DNA of 64,000 nt. It comes from an uncultured Chloroflexia bacterium. Lineage in GTDB: Bacteria > Chloroflexota > Limnocylindria > Limnocylindrales > CSP1-4. This document shows, one piece after another, positions 1 through 9,048 of the stretch. The DNA lies in the NCBI GenBank assembly GCA_963749705.1, contig CAVVNQ010000008.1, positions 320,001 through 384,000 on the forward strand. Direction: 5' to 3'. Position 1 is the stretch's first letter. Each line of letters opens with the position of its first letter. The notes under the pieces are model-generated. The model was not told the DNA's origin, searched no databases, and saw nothing but the letters and a program-made list of their open reading frames with translations. The position numbers were made by a program, and so were the translations under genes.

Positions 1-183
1 TTCAAGCGCCTCACGGGCACGACGCGGCACGGCTCCGGCGGCACGGGCCTGGGGCTCGCGATCGCTCGCCGGATCGTGGCGGCACACGGCGGGTCGATCC
101 GAGCAGAGTCACCTCCCGGTGGTGGCGCCCGGTTCACCGTGGTGCTGCCGGCTGAGGGATCTCACAAGGTCCCCACAGGCTGA
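1..183 (+). CDS. Sensor histidine kinase, C-terminal HATPase_c fragment (5'-truncated by window)
   Basis: Frame 1 reads [50 protein letters not shown], with the G2 box GTGLGL and HGG motif; TGA at 181-183. Confidence 0.9.
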   Translation, partial: FKRLTGTTRHGSGGTGLGLAIARRIVAAHGGSIRAESPPGGGARFTVVLPAEGSHKVPTG

Positions 184-248
184 TCACACGACCATCGACG
201 ACGCTCGCCGCGGTGACCCGCCAGGGTCCCGTCTCGAGGAGATCCGTC

Positions 249-539
249 ATGGCCTTCGTCATCGCCGCTCCGTGCGTCGACCATTCCGACCAGGCATGCG
301 TGGACGTGTGCCCCGTCGACTGCATCTGGGGGGACCTGGCCGTCGACCGCAAGATGTACATCGATCCCGAGGGCTGCATCGACTGCGGCTCGTGCGAGAC
401 CGCGTGTCCCAACGGCGCGATCATGGCCGCGAACCGGTTGCCGGCCGACCTGGCCGACTTCGCCTGGGTCGATGCGACCTGGTTCTCGGATCCGGCCGCG
501 GCACGCTCCGTCGTCGACGAGCTCGTGCCGGCGGCGTGA
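249..539 (+). CDS. 7Fe-type (FdxA-like) ferredoxin
   Basis: CVDHSDQACVDVCPVDC and CIDCGSCETACP motifs; GAGGAG RBS before ATG 249. Confidence 0.9.
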   Translation: MAFVIAAPCVDHSDQACVDVCPVDCIWGDLAVDRKMYIDPEGCIDCGSCETACPNGAIMAANRLPADLADFAWVDATWFSDPAAARSVVDELVPAA

Positions 540-540
540 C

Positions 541-1341
541 ATGGTGGTCGAGACCGTGCGTCGCCTGCCGCCACCGCGGGGCGCCGCGGCGGACCCCGTC
601 ACCCCCAACGCCACGCTGGTCGAGCGCGACGACCTGACGGGTTCGATCGTTCGGCTGCGGCTGCGACCGGACGACGGGGTGCCCGCGTTCCGGCCCGGCC
701 AGTACCTGGCGCTCGGGTTGCCGACCGACGGGCGCCTCGTCCAGCGACCGTATTCGACGGCATCGGCCGCCGGCGAGTCCGATGCCCTCGAGTTCCTGGT
801 CCGGCTCGTGTCCGGCGGGATGCTGACCCCGCGGCTGTGGCAGCTGGCCTCCGGCGCCAGGGCCCACGTCGGACGCCCGAAGGGTCGGTTCGTGCCGGAT
901 GCGGCCGATCCCCGGCGTCCGCTGTACATCGCCACGGGCACCGGAATCGCACCCCTGATGGCCATGCTCGAGACCCGGCTGCGAGAACGGTTCGACGAGC
1001 CGTCCCGGCTGCCGATCGTCATCCACGGCGTGGCGCGGACGGATGAGCTTGCCTATCGCGACCGGCTTGCCGCCCTGGCCGCCGGGCGCCGGATCGCGTA
1101 CCTGCCGGTGATCTCGAGGCCGGCCGAACCCGTCAACGCGGGCTGGCGCGGCGCGACCGGGCGGATCGACGCGCGGCTCCCGCAGGTGCTCGCGGCGGCT
1201 GCGACCGACCCCCATGCGTCGATCGCGTACGTGTGCGGCAACCCCGGCATGGTCGACGCGGTCCGCGACGTCCTGGGTGCCGCGAGCTTCCCCGCCGAGG
1301 CGGTCCGGTTCGAGGCGTACTGGACGACCCGGGCAGCCTGA
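541..1341 (+). CDS. Ferredoxin-NADP+ reductase-like FAD-binding oxidoreductase
   Basis: RPYS FAD motif, ATGTGIAP, YVCGNPGM, C-terminal EAYW; directly follows the ferredoxin. Confidence 0.85.
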   Translation: MVVETVRRLPPPRGAAADPVTPNATLVERDDLTGSIVRLRLRPDDGVPAFRPGQYLALGLPTDGRLVQRPYSTASAAGESDALEFLVRLVSGGMLTPRLWQLASGARAHVGRPKGRFVPDAADPRRPLYIATGTGIAPLMAMLETRLRERFDEPSRLPIVIHGVARTDELAYRDRLAALAAGRRIAYLPVISRPAEPVNAGWRGATGRIDARLPQVLAAAATDPHASIAYVCGNPGMVDAVRDVLGAASFPAEAVRFEAYWTTRAA

Positions 1342-1360
1342 CCACGGGACGGCCGACCGC

Positions 1361-2707
1361 TCAGGCGGCGCCCTCGGCCCGCTCCAGGATCGGGGCGGGT
1401 GCGTCGAACAGCTGCGGGAATCGGGCCGCCAACGCGCCAACGGTGGTCAGGAGCACCAGCGCGCCGGATCCGACGAACATGGCCGTGGCGTTGACGTCGA
1501 CGAGCGCGCCGGCCAGCCCGATCGAAAGCGGGGTGATCCCGAACGACATCAGCATCGCGAGGGCCATGACGCGCCCGACCATGCCCGGATCGACCCGGGC
1601 CTGCAGCCAGGAGATGGCGATGATGTTGGTGTACCCGATCGCGACGCCCATCACGGCCAGCATCACGATCACCCCCGGCAACCAGTACAGGACCCCGACG
1701 ACGGCCATCGCGCTGCCGGACACGGCAAGCCCGGCCAGGATGACGCGACCCTGGTGGTCCAGCCGGACGCTGCCCGCGGCCAGGATCCCGATCAGGGCAC
1801 CCGCCGCCCACCCGGCCTCCATCAACCCGAGCCCGGTCGGCCCGGCGGCAAACCGCTGGCTTGCCAGCCAGGGCGCACCGACCGCGCCGGGACCGCTGAA
1901 TGCGAGGTTGAGCACGAACGAGATCAGCATCGTGGTCCGGATGGCGGGATCGGCAGCGACATAGCGCAGCCCGCCGATGAGGGCGGCCCGAAACGACGCG
2001 GGCGGCTCGGACACCGCCGTGGTGGACGCCGCACCGTCTTCGGCTGCCGCGGCGGCGGCGTCGTCCGCGGTCGGGACGGCGGGTCCTGCCGTGGCGGCGC
2101 GGGCGGCGGTCGAGATGAGGGCGACGACCACGGCCGCCACCGCGAACGACACGGCATCGACGGCGAACGCCGCGCTGGTGCCGGCGATCGCGATCAGGAC
2201 GCCGGCGGCGGGTGGCCCGACGATCGCGGACAGCTGGAGCGTGCCCTGGAGCAGGGCGTTCGCCGACGGCAATCGCTCCGGCCCGACCGTTCGCGGCAGG
2301 AACGCCTGCTGCGCCGGCATGTACAGCGCGTCCGCGGCGCCGAACAGGACGCCGAGCACGGCGAGCGCGGGGATCGACGCGGCGCCGACCGCCGCGAGCA
2401 CGGCGATCACGCCCACGATCCCGCCGCGGGCGAGATGCGCCGTCAGCATCAGGCCGCGCGCGGGGCGACGATCGGCGAGCACGCCGAGGGGCACGATGAG
2501 CAGCGCCCGGGGCACCCCGACCGCGATGAGCACGGTGCCCAGCGCGAGGCCTGACCCGGTGAGCGAGATCACCAGCCAGGACAGTGCGATCAGGTGGAAC
2601 TGGTCCCCGACCACGGACACCGCCTCGCTGGCCCACAGCAGGCGGAAGTCCCGGACGGCGAGCGCGTGGAGGACCGGCATCCGGCGCGCGGCGGCGATGA
2701 CGCTCAT
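1361..2707 (-). CDS. MFS transporter (DHA3/MefA-like)
   Basis: About 12 hydrophobic segments; RDFRLLW, GVLADR, GRV motifs. Confidence 0.88.
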   Translation of the reverse strand: MSVIAAARRMPVLHALAVRDFRLLWASEAVSVVGDQFHLIALSWLVISLTGSGLALGTVLIAVGVPRALLIVPLGVLADRRPARGLMLTAHLARGGIVGVIAVLAAVGAASIPALAVLGVLFGAADALYMPAQQAFLPRTVGPERLPSANALLQGTLQLSAIVGPPAAGVLIAIAGTSAAFAVDAVSFAVAAVVVALISTAARAATAGPAVPTADDAAAAAAEDGAASTTAVSEPPASFRAALIGGLRYVAADPAIRTTMLISFVLNLAFSGPGAVGAPWLASQRFAAGPTGLGLMEAGWAAGALIGILAAGSVRLDHQGRVILAGLAVSGSAMAVVGVLYWLPGVIVMLAVMGVAIGYTNIIAISWLQARVDPGMVGRVMALAMLMSFGITPLSIGLAGALVDVNATAMFVGSGALVLLTTVGALAARFPQLFDAPAPILERAEGAA

Positions 2708-3114
2708 TCGAGCACGATCCGCACGCTGTCGCCGTCATCGTCGACCTCGATGACGGGGCCCCGGGCGCCGGAGCCGAGGGCGTGACGGACGCGGGCGACC
2801 TGGTCGCCCGACAGGCCCGGGACGCGATCCAGGGCAAAGCGCCCGACCGCGATCGGCAGCCGCAGGTTGACGACCGACCGGCCGCGCTCGCGGACCTCGA
2901 TCCGGAGCGTGGTGGCGCCCGCCGTGCCAGCCGGCGACGCATCGGCGCGCGACCCGGGCGGTGGGTTGGGCCCGAACCCGCCGGGCGGCTCCGATGCCCC
3001 CGGGCGCGGCGTGCGGTCGGCCTCGAGGGCGGTCAGGATCGGGCCCGCCTCGTCAGCCGTGAGACGGCCTTCGGCGACCAGGCGCAGCACCTGCTCCAGC
3101 GCATCGGCATCCAT
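2704..3114 (-). CDS. SHOCT-like domain protein (DUF2089 operon partner)
   Basis: N-terminal LEQVLRLVAEGRLTADEAGPIL helix pair; LRIEV...VNLRLP...IEVDDDGDSVRIVLE C-terminus; overlaps both neighbours. Confidence 0.75.
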   Translation of the reverse strand: MDADALEQVLRLVAEGRLTADEAGPILTALEADRTPRPGASEPPGGFGPNPPPGSRADASPAGTAGATTLRIEVRERGRSVVNLRLPIAVGRFALDRVPGLSGDQVARVRHALGSGARGPVIEVDDDGDSVRIVLE

Positions 3115-4265
3115 CAGAACGATCCCTCGTCATGGCGCGGTCCGGCGTCCTCGAGCGCTGCGAGCCGGCTGGACGCCGTCTCGATGTCGAGGTCACCGCG
3201 CTCCAGCGCCCGCAGGATGTCGAGCCGGGCCGCCTCTCGGCGATCCGCCTCGGCCGCCGATCCGGACGGCGAGTCGGGCGCCGGCGGGCGCGCGCCGGCG
3301 CGGACCAGGTTGGGTGCCGCGGTCGCTTCCGCGACGACCACGCCCCGGTCCGGCGGGGGGCCCGGGTCCGGCGGCGGGCCCGGGTCCGGCGGCGTGCCGG
3401 GGTCCGGCGGCGTGCCGGGGTCGGCCGGGGCTGCGGGCGCACCGGCACGCGCGGGTTCGGGCGCCGGCTCCGGTGCCGTGGGACCTTCGCGCAACCGGAC
3501 GTCGCCCGACATCGTGCGCACGCTGACGCGCACGTGCCCGTCGCCGACGATGAGCGTCCGCCGGCCACGACCCCCTTCCGCGCGGTGCTTGACCGTGGAC
3601 CGGACGTCGCCGGTCAGCGTCTGGGCCTCGAGGCGCACCTCGCTGCCGGTCGCCAGCTGGACGTCGCCACTGACCGCGTTGACGCGGTGCTCGAACCCGC
3701 CCGCCAGCGCGCCCACGACGTCCACGTCACCGCTCGTCGTCGACACGCGAAGCCCGAGCAGCTCGGGTGCCCGGATGCGGACGTCTCCAGACACCGATAC
3801 CACCGAGACCTCGATCCTGGCCGCGCTGTCGACGGTGATGTCGCCGGACATCGATTCCGCGGCCACGGCGCCGCCCTCGATCCGGAGCCGGACGTCGCCC
3901 GACGCGGAAGCCCATTGGCTGGCGCCCTCGATCCCGGCGGCATCGACATCGCCGCTCAGCGTCCGGACGTTCACGCGCGCCGTTCGTGGGACCTCGATGT
4001 CCAGGTCCGCCGTACGACGGGTGGAGACGCGCAGCGGCCCCAGCTGGAAGTCGGCGCCGGCATCCCTGATCCGGATGCCATCGGTGTTCTGCTCGATGAC
4101 GACGTGGTCGTCGACGGCCTCGCCGCCGCGGGTGCGGACGACGACGCGCGGCGCGTCCGCGCCCCGCAGGCGCAGCTCGTTCGAGGTGAGCGTGATCTCG
4201 ACCGCGCCGCCCGGTGCCAGCGGCACCTCGCGGATCGCGCGGTCGGTACCGGTCGTCTCGGTCAC
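3114..4265 (-). CDS. DUF4097 beta-strand repeat protein with C-terminal SHOCT-like helix pair
   Basis: Repeated (T/S)xSGDV motifs; Pro-rich linker; RLDILRALERGDLDIETASSRL tail. Confidence 0.85.
   Translation of the reverse strand: MTETTGTDRAIREVPLAPGGAVEITLTSNELRLRGADAPRVVVRTRGGEAVDDHVVIEQNTDGIRIRDAGADFQLGPLRVSTRRTADLDIEVPRTARVNVRTLSGDVDAAGIEGASQWASASGDVRLRIEGGAVAAESMSGDITVDSAARIEVSVVSVSGDVRIRAPELLGLRVSTTSGDVDVVGALAGGFEHRVNAVSGDVQLATGSEVRLEAQTLTGDVRSTVKHRAEGGRGRRTLIVGDGHVRVSVRTMSGDVRLREGPTAPEPAPEPARAGAPAAPADPGTPPDPGTPPDPGPPPDPGPPPDRGVVVAEATAAPNLVRAGARPPAPDSPSGSAAEADRREAARLDILRALERGDLDIETASSRLAALEDAGPRHDEGSF
3347..3423. repeat. In-frame 18-bp tandem repeat encoding DPG(T/P)PP x4
   Basis: GGGTCCGGCGGCG(G/T)GCC-type units within the DUF4097 linker. 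Confidence 0.85.
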
Positions 4266-4690
4266 GATCCCGTCCCTCCGAGCGCCCGGATCGCCGCTGC
4301 GGCTTCCTCGGCGCTCATCTCGTGGCGCGACAGGCGCTCGAGGATCTCGCGCCGTCCGACCGCGGGGTCATCCCCCTCGGGCGCGGCGCCGTCCGTGGCC
4401 GGCGCGGGATCGGCCTCGTCGCGCGGCCCGAAGCCGAGCGCCCTGACGAGCGCCTCGACGCGGGCCCGCACGGTCGGGTAGCTGATGCTCAGCTCGCGCT
4501 CCATGTCCCGCAGGTTGCCGCGGCTGCGGAGGAAGCTCTCCAGGAGCGATGTCTGCTCGCGGTTCAGGTGGCCGAACCGGCCGACGCCGAACTCCCCCTC
4601 GATCGTGGTGCCGCATTCGCCGCAGCGAAGGCGGGTGACGCTCAGCTCGTGCGAGCAGACGGGACAGGTGGCGATGACGTCGTGTGCCAT
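4262..4690 (-). CDS. DUF2089 family Zn-ribbon/HTH protein
   Basis: CPVC..CGEC, FLRSRGNLRDMERELSISYPTVRAR HTH, SHOCT-like tail; start chosen at MAHDV. Confidence 0.88.
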   Translation of the reverse strand: MAHDVIATCPVCSHELSVTRLRCGECGTTIEGEFGVGRFGHLNREQTSLLESFLRSRGNLRDMERELSISYPTVRARVEALVRALGFGPRDEADPAPATDGAAPEGDDPAVGRREILERLSRHEMSAEEAAAAIRALGGTGS

Positions 4691-4769
4691 GGTTGGTCGC
4701 GGCCTCGTTGCTGGGTTCGATGCAGGCTTGCGGGTTGGCTGGTGATCCGGCTGCTGGTCGGCGCGCCCG

Positions 4770-4988
4770 TCAGGCGAGCCGGCTCCAGCGTCCCTGCGAC
4801 CAGGTGCCGTCACCGGCGATCCGGTCGATGGGCCGGGAGTAGAGCTCCGGACCGGCCATCGAGGGCGCCTCGCCGTCCGGCGACGCCGTCGACGCCGGCG
4901 CCAGGATCCAGGTCGCGAGCCGCCCGAGCAGGCCGGTGCGGCGCTGCGCCTGGAGATTGATGGTCGTCGTCATGTTGGTTCCGAACAC
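4770..4988 (-). CDS. Small hypothetical protein (72 aa), first gene of DUF2089 operon
   Basis: GGAGGG RBS 8 nt before GTG 4988, downstream of a TTGACA promoter. Confidence 0.55.
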   Translation of the reverse strand: MFGTNMTTTINLQAQRRTGLLGRLATWILAPASTASPDGEAPSMAGPELYSRPIDRIAGDGTWSQGRWSRLA

Positions 4989-5052
4989 TGGGTGATCCCT
5001 CCGCGACCGCGAATTCGGTCGTCCTCTGTGGTATGTCGATCTGTTGTTCCCT

Positions 5053-5082
5053 ATTTCTAATACTGGCTTTCTCTTTTGTCAA
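5053..5082 (-). promoter_or_regulatory. sigma70-type promoter of DUF2089 operon
   Basis: TTGACA (5082-5077), 17 nt, TAGAAAT in an AT-rich island. Confidence 0.6.
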
Positions 5083-5238
5083 GCCTGATTCTCTAAAGTT
5101 GTCTGGATGATCACAGATCGTGCGGCGCGATCGTGTGGACGACCCCACGCTGGCCGGCTGGCGGTCGGGGGCGCCGCGCTTGTATCGTGGGTGGCGGTGC
5201 CGGCGCGGGAACCGGTCGCACACGCACGGGGAGACGAT

Positions 5239-6267
5239 GTGACGGACTCGAGCGGCGTGGCCCTCGCCACGCAGGGGCTCGCCAAGCGCTACGGCCCCCG
5301 GGTCGCCCTCGACGGGCTCGACCTCCGGGTGCCGACGGGCGTCGTGTATGGGTTCCTGGGACCCAACGGCGCAGGCAAGACGACCACGATGCGGATCCTC
5401 ACCGGGCTGATCCACGCGGACGCTGGCCAGGTCGAGCTGCTGGGTCGGCCGTACCGCCGCCGCGACCGCCAGCGGCTGTTCGAGATCGGGTCGCTGATCG
5501 AGTCGCCGTCGTTCTACCCGTTCCTGTCCGGGCGCGAGAACCTCCGCTCGCTGGCCGCCACGGGGGCCCCCGTGCCGCGGACGCGGATCGACGAGCTGCT
5601 GACCCTGGTCAACCTGCGCGACCGCGCGGGCGACAAGGTCTCCGGGTATTCGCTGGGCATGAAGCAGCGCCTCGGGATCGCGGGCGCGCTGTTGAGCGAC
5701 CCGAAGCTGTTGCTGCTCGACGAGCCGGCGAACGGCCTCGACCCCGCCGGGATCGTCGGCATGCGCGACACGCTCCGCGGGCTCGCGGCCGCCGGCAAGA
5801 CCGTGTTCGTGTCCAGCCACATCCTGTCGGAGGTCCAGGTGCTGGCCGACGTGGTGGGCATCATCGCCCGCGGCCGGCTCGTCCGCGAGGGAACGATCGA
5901 GACCCTGCTGCGCGAGGAGGGTGCGGTCCGGATCCGCGTCGGCGCCGACGAGGTGGCCACAGCGGCACCCGTCGTCGAGCGGATCGCGGGCGAGGGAGCC
6001 GTCGAGCTGGAGGTCGGCCCGGAGGCCGGCTGGCTGGCGATCCGGATCGACCCGGACCGGTCCGCAGAGCTCAACCGGGCGCTCGCCAACGCGGGCGTCT
6101 ACGCCTCGCGGATCGAGGGCGGGACCACGCTCGAATCGCTGTTCCTGGAGCTGACCGGATCCGGGCCGGATCTCGGGGCTGGCGCCGGCGGCTCGTCGCA
6201 GCCGCCGCCGGTCACCTGGGCGTCCGATCCGGGCGCCAAGCCTGAGCCCACCGGGTGGTCGTCATGA
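5239..6267 (+). CDS. ABC exporter ATP-binding protein (BcrA-like)
   Basis: GPNGAGKTT, YSLGMKQR, LLLDEP, SSH. Confidence 0.92.
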   Translation: MTDSSGVALATQGLAKRYGPRVALDGLDLRVPTGVVYGFLGPNGAGKTTTMRILTGLIHADAGQVELLGRPYRRRDRQRLFEIGSLIESPSFYPFLSGRENLRSLAATGAPVPRTRIDELLTLVNLRDRAGDKVSGYSLGMKQRLGIAGALLSDPKLLLLDEPANGLDPAGIVGMRDTLRGLAAAGKTVFVSSHILSEVQVLADVVGIIARGRLVREGTIETLLREEGAVRIRVGADEVATAAPVVERIAGEGAVELEVGPEAGWLAIRIDPDRSAELNRALANAGVYASRIEGGTTLESLFLELTGSGPDLGAGAGGSSQPPPVTWASDPGAKPEPTGWSS

Positions 6268-7076
6268 GGCTGTACCGGTCCAACCTGCGCAAGCTGTTCC
6301 GGCGCCCGGCGACCTGGGTCACGTTCCTGCTCCTGGCCGGGCTGCTGGTCCTGATCTTCGTGGCGGTCGGGGCGACCGCGGGACAGGTCAACGACCCGGA
6401 GGCGCGGGCTCAGTCGAAGCTGCTGGTCACGTTCCCGGGCGCCTACCGGTTCATCCTGTCCTTCATCCTGGGGCTGGGCGGGCTGCTCGCGGTCACCTAC
6501 GGCGGCGCGGTCGCCGGATCGGAGTGGTCGTGGGGCACGCTCAAGGCCGCCGTGGCGCGCGGTGAGAGCCGGACGCGGTACACGCTGGTGGGGTACGGCG
6601 CCGTGGGCACGTTCGCGATCCTGGGGATCGTCGCCGCGTTCGGAGTGGGGGTCATCGCGGCGGCGCTGGGCGCCACCGCGGCCGGCGTCCCGCTCGACGG
6701 CATGGGCGACAGCGCCGAGCTCGGCACGCTGCCCGAGCTGTTCCTCCGGGGCTCGCTGGGGATCGGCATGAACGTCGCGCTGGGCTTTGCCATCGCCACC
6801 ATCGCGCGCAGCCAGCTGGCGGGAATCGGGGTCGGCATCGGGCTCTACTTCGGCGAGCAGTTCGCGGGCATCTTCCTGCGCGAGTGGGTCCGCTGGCTGC
6901 CGTTCGACGCGGCCAGTGCGTTGATCTCGACGGGCAGCCTGGGCGTCGAGGGCGGTCAGCGAACCGGGACGGGGCCGCTGGACGCGAACACGGCCGTGAT
7001 CGTGGTCATCGCCTGGCTCGTCGGGGCGCTGCTCGTGTCGTCCCTGTGGACGGAGCGCGCGGAGATCAGCGGGTAG
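6264..7076 (+). CDS. ABC-2 type permease
   Basis: About 6 TM segments, EWSWGTLK motif, ATGA overlap with the ATPase. Confidence 0.88.
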   Translation: MRLYRSNLRKLFRRPATWVTFLLLAGLLVLIFVAVGATAGQVNDPEARAQSKLLVTFPGAYRFILSFILGLGGLLAVTYGGAVAGSEWSWGTLKAAVARGESRTRYTLVGYGAVGTFAILGIVAAFGVGVIAAALGATAAGVPLDGMGDSAELGTLPELFLRGSLGIGMNVALGFAIATIARSQLAGIGVGIGLYFGEQFAGIFLREWVRWLPFDAASALISTGSLGVEGGQRTGTGPLDANTAVIVVIAWLVGALLVSSLWTERAEISG

Positions 7077-7109
7077 GTCCGGCGGTCCGGCATCGCCGGC
7101 CGCAAACCC

Positions 7110-7616
7110 TCAGCCGGGGCCGCGCCTCGCGATCGTCGCCACGCGAGCACCCGTCACGCGGACGAGGTCCGCGGCCGCGAGCTCGATCTCCAGGCCGCGC
7201 CGACCGGCCGACACATGGATCGTCGGGTGGTCCATTGCCGAGGCATCCAGCACGATCGGCATCGGCCGCCTGGTTCCCAGCGGGCTGATCCCGCCCAGCA
7301 CGTAACCGGTGGCCTTCTCCGCATCGGGGGCCGCCGCGACCGAGGCCCGTCGCCCGCCGAGCGCGGACGCGACCGCCTTGAGATCGACCTCGGTGTCCGC
7401 GGGCACGACCGCCAGCGACAGCCGTCCGTCGACGGCGACCACGATCGTCTTGAACACCTGGCCCGCGTCGAGGTTCAGGGCCTCGACGGCCTCGAGCGCG
7501 TAGCCGCGGCCGCCCGCCTGGAGCGCCGATCGGGAATCGTGCGCATATTCATGCAGCCGATACGGGATCGCGGCCCGCCGGGCCGCGTCCGTCGCGCGCG
7601 TCTCGTGTGCGCCCAT
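7110..7616 (-). CDS. ybaK: Cys-tRNA(Pro) deacylase
   Basis: VFKTIVV, TGYVLGGISPLG, VSAGRRGLEIEL motifs. Confidence 0.9.
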   Translation of the reverse strand: MGAHETRATDAARRAAIPYRLHEYAHDSRSALQAGGRGYALEAVEALNLDAGQVFKTIVVAVDGRLSLAVVPADTEVDLKAVASALGGRRASVAAAPDAEKATGYVLGGISPLGTRRPMPIVLDASAMDHPTIHVSAGRRGLEIELAAADLVRVTGARVATIARRGPG

Positions 7617-7755
7617 GCCCGGCATTGTCGGGTATGCTCGGGCCCGTCCGACGGTTGCCGCCGCCCTGGCTCACCCGCGAGGGCGCCGCGCCGGGCCACG
7701 CACGCACGAACGCCACCCGCCGCCCAGCGGGCGCCACCGGAGAACACGAGCAGCC

Positions 7756-9024
7756 TTGCAATTCGAAGAGCTGGGACTCTCCGACAGCCTCCTGCGCACC
7801 GTCGCAGAGGAAGGCTACGCGGAGCCGACACCGGTCCAGGAGCGAGCCATCCCGCTCGTCCTGGCCGGCCGGGACGTCCTCGCCGCCGCCCAGACCGGCA
7901 CCGGCAAGACGGCGGCGTTCACGCTGCCGATCCTCGACCGGCTCAAGGGCCACGTCAACGCCTCGTTCTCGCCCGCCCGCCACCCCGTCCGCTGCCTGGT
8001 GATCACGCCCACCCGCGAGCTGGCGGTCCAGGTCGCGGAGTCGGTGAGGACCTACAGCCGCCACGTCCCGCTCCGGTCCGCGGTCGTCTATGGCGGCGTG
8101 CCGCTCGACCCCCAGATCAAGGAGCTCCGCGCGGGCGTCGAGATCCTGGTCGCCACGCCCGGCCGCCTGCTGGACCTGGTCGGACAGCGCGCGGCCAATC
8201 TCGCCCAGGTCGAGATCCTGGTCCTCGACGAGGCCGACCGGATGCTGGACATGGGCTTCATGCCCGACATCCGCCGGATCCTGGACCTGGTGGTGGCGCG
8301 CAAGCAGACCCTGATGTTCTCGGCGACGTTCTCCGACGACATCAAGCGCCTCGCCGGGTCGATCCTCAACGACCCCGAGACGATCGAGGTGTCGCGGCAC
8401 GGAACGGCCGCGGAGACGGTCCGCCAGATGGTCTACCCGGTCGACCGGGACCGCAAGGAGGAGCTGCTCGCCCACCTCATCGTCGAGGGCGACTGGCGCC
8501 AGGTCCTGGTGTTCACGCGGACCAAGATCGCCGCGTCCCGGCTCGCGTCGTGGCTGGACCGCCACGGCGTGGAAGCCACGGCGATCCACTCCGACCGCGC
8601 GCAATCGGACCGGACCAGGGCGCTCGAGGCGTTCAAGGCCGGCGAGGTGCGGGTCCTGGTGGCGACGGACGTCGCCGCCCGCGGCCTGGACATCGAGGAC
8701 CTGCCCCACGTCGTCAACTTCGAGCTGCCGTGGAACCCCGAGGACTACGTCCATCGCGTCGGGCGCACAGGTCGGGCCGGATTGACGGGCGACGCGATCA
8801 GCCTCGTGTGCATCGACGAGGCGGACCTGCTGCGCGGGGTCCAGCGGCTCCTCCAGCGCGCGATCCCGTGGACCGTGGAGGAGGGCTTCGTGCCGCGACG
8901 CGACGTGGAGGCGCAGCCGCTGCGGGCGCCGCGCGGCGCCGGCGGCCCGTCGAGCGGCGGTCGCGGACGCGGCGGCCCGGCGGCTGCGGCGCGAGGCGGT
9001 CGGCGCAGGACCGGGGTCGCCTAG
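7756..9024 (+). CDS. DEAD-box RNA helicase (RhlE-like)
   Basis: Q motif, AQTGTGKT, PTRELA, DEAD, SAT, HRVGRTGRAG; probable TTG start (MQFEELGL). Confidence 0.93.
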   Translation: MQFEELGLSDSLLRTVAEEGYAEPTPVQERAIPLVLAGRDVLAAAQTGTGKTAAFTLPILDRLKGHVNASFSPARHPVRCLVITPTRELAVQVAESVRTYSRHVPLRSAVVYGGVPLDPQIKELRAGVEILVATPGRLLDLVGQRAANLAQVEILVLDEADRMLDMGFMPDIRRILDLVVARKQTLMFSATFSDDIKRLAGSILNDPETIEVSRHGTAAETVRQMVYPVDRDRKEELLAHLIVEGDWRQVLVFTRTKIAASRLASWLDRHGVEATAIHSDRAQSDRTRALEAFKAGEVRVLVATDVAARGLDIEDLPHVVNFELPWNPEDYVHRVGRTGRAGLTGDAISLVCIDEADLLRGVQRLLQRAIPWTVEEGFVPRRDVEAQPLRAPRGAGGPSSGGRGRGGPAAAARGGRRRTGVA

Positions 9025-9048
9025 AACCTCGAGCCCGCGGGCCGACGC

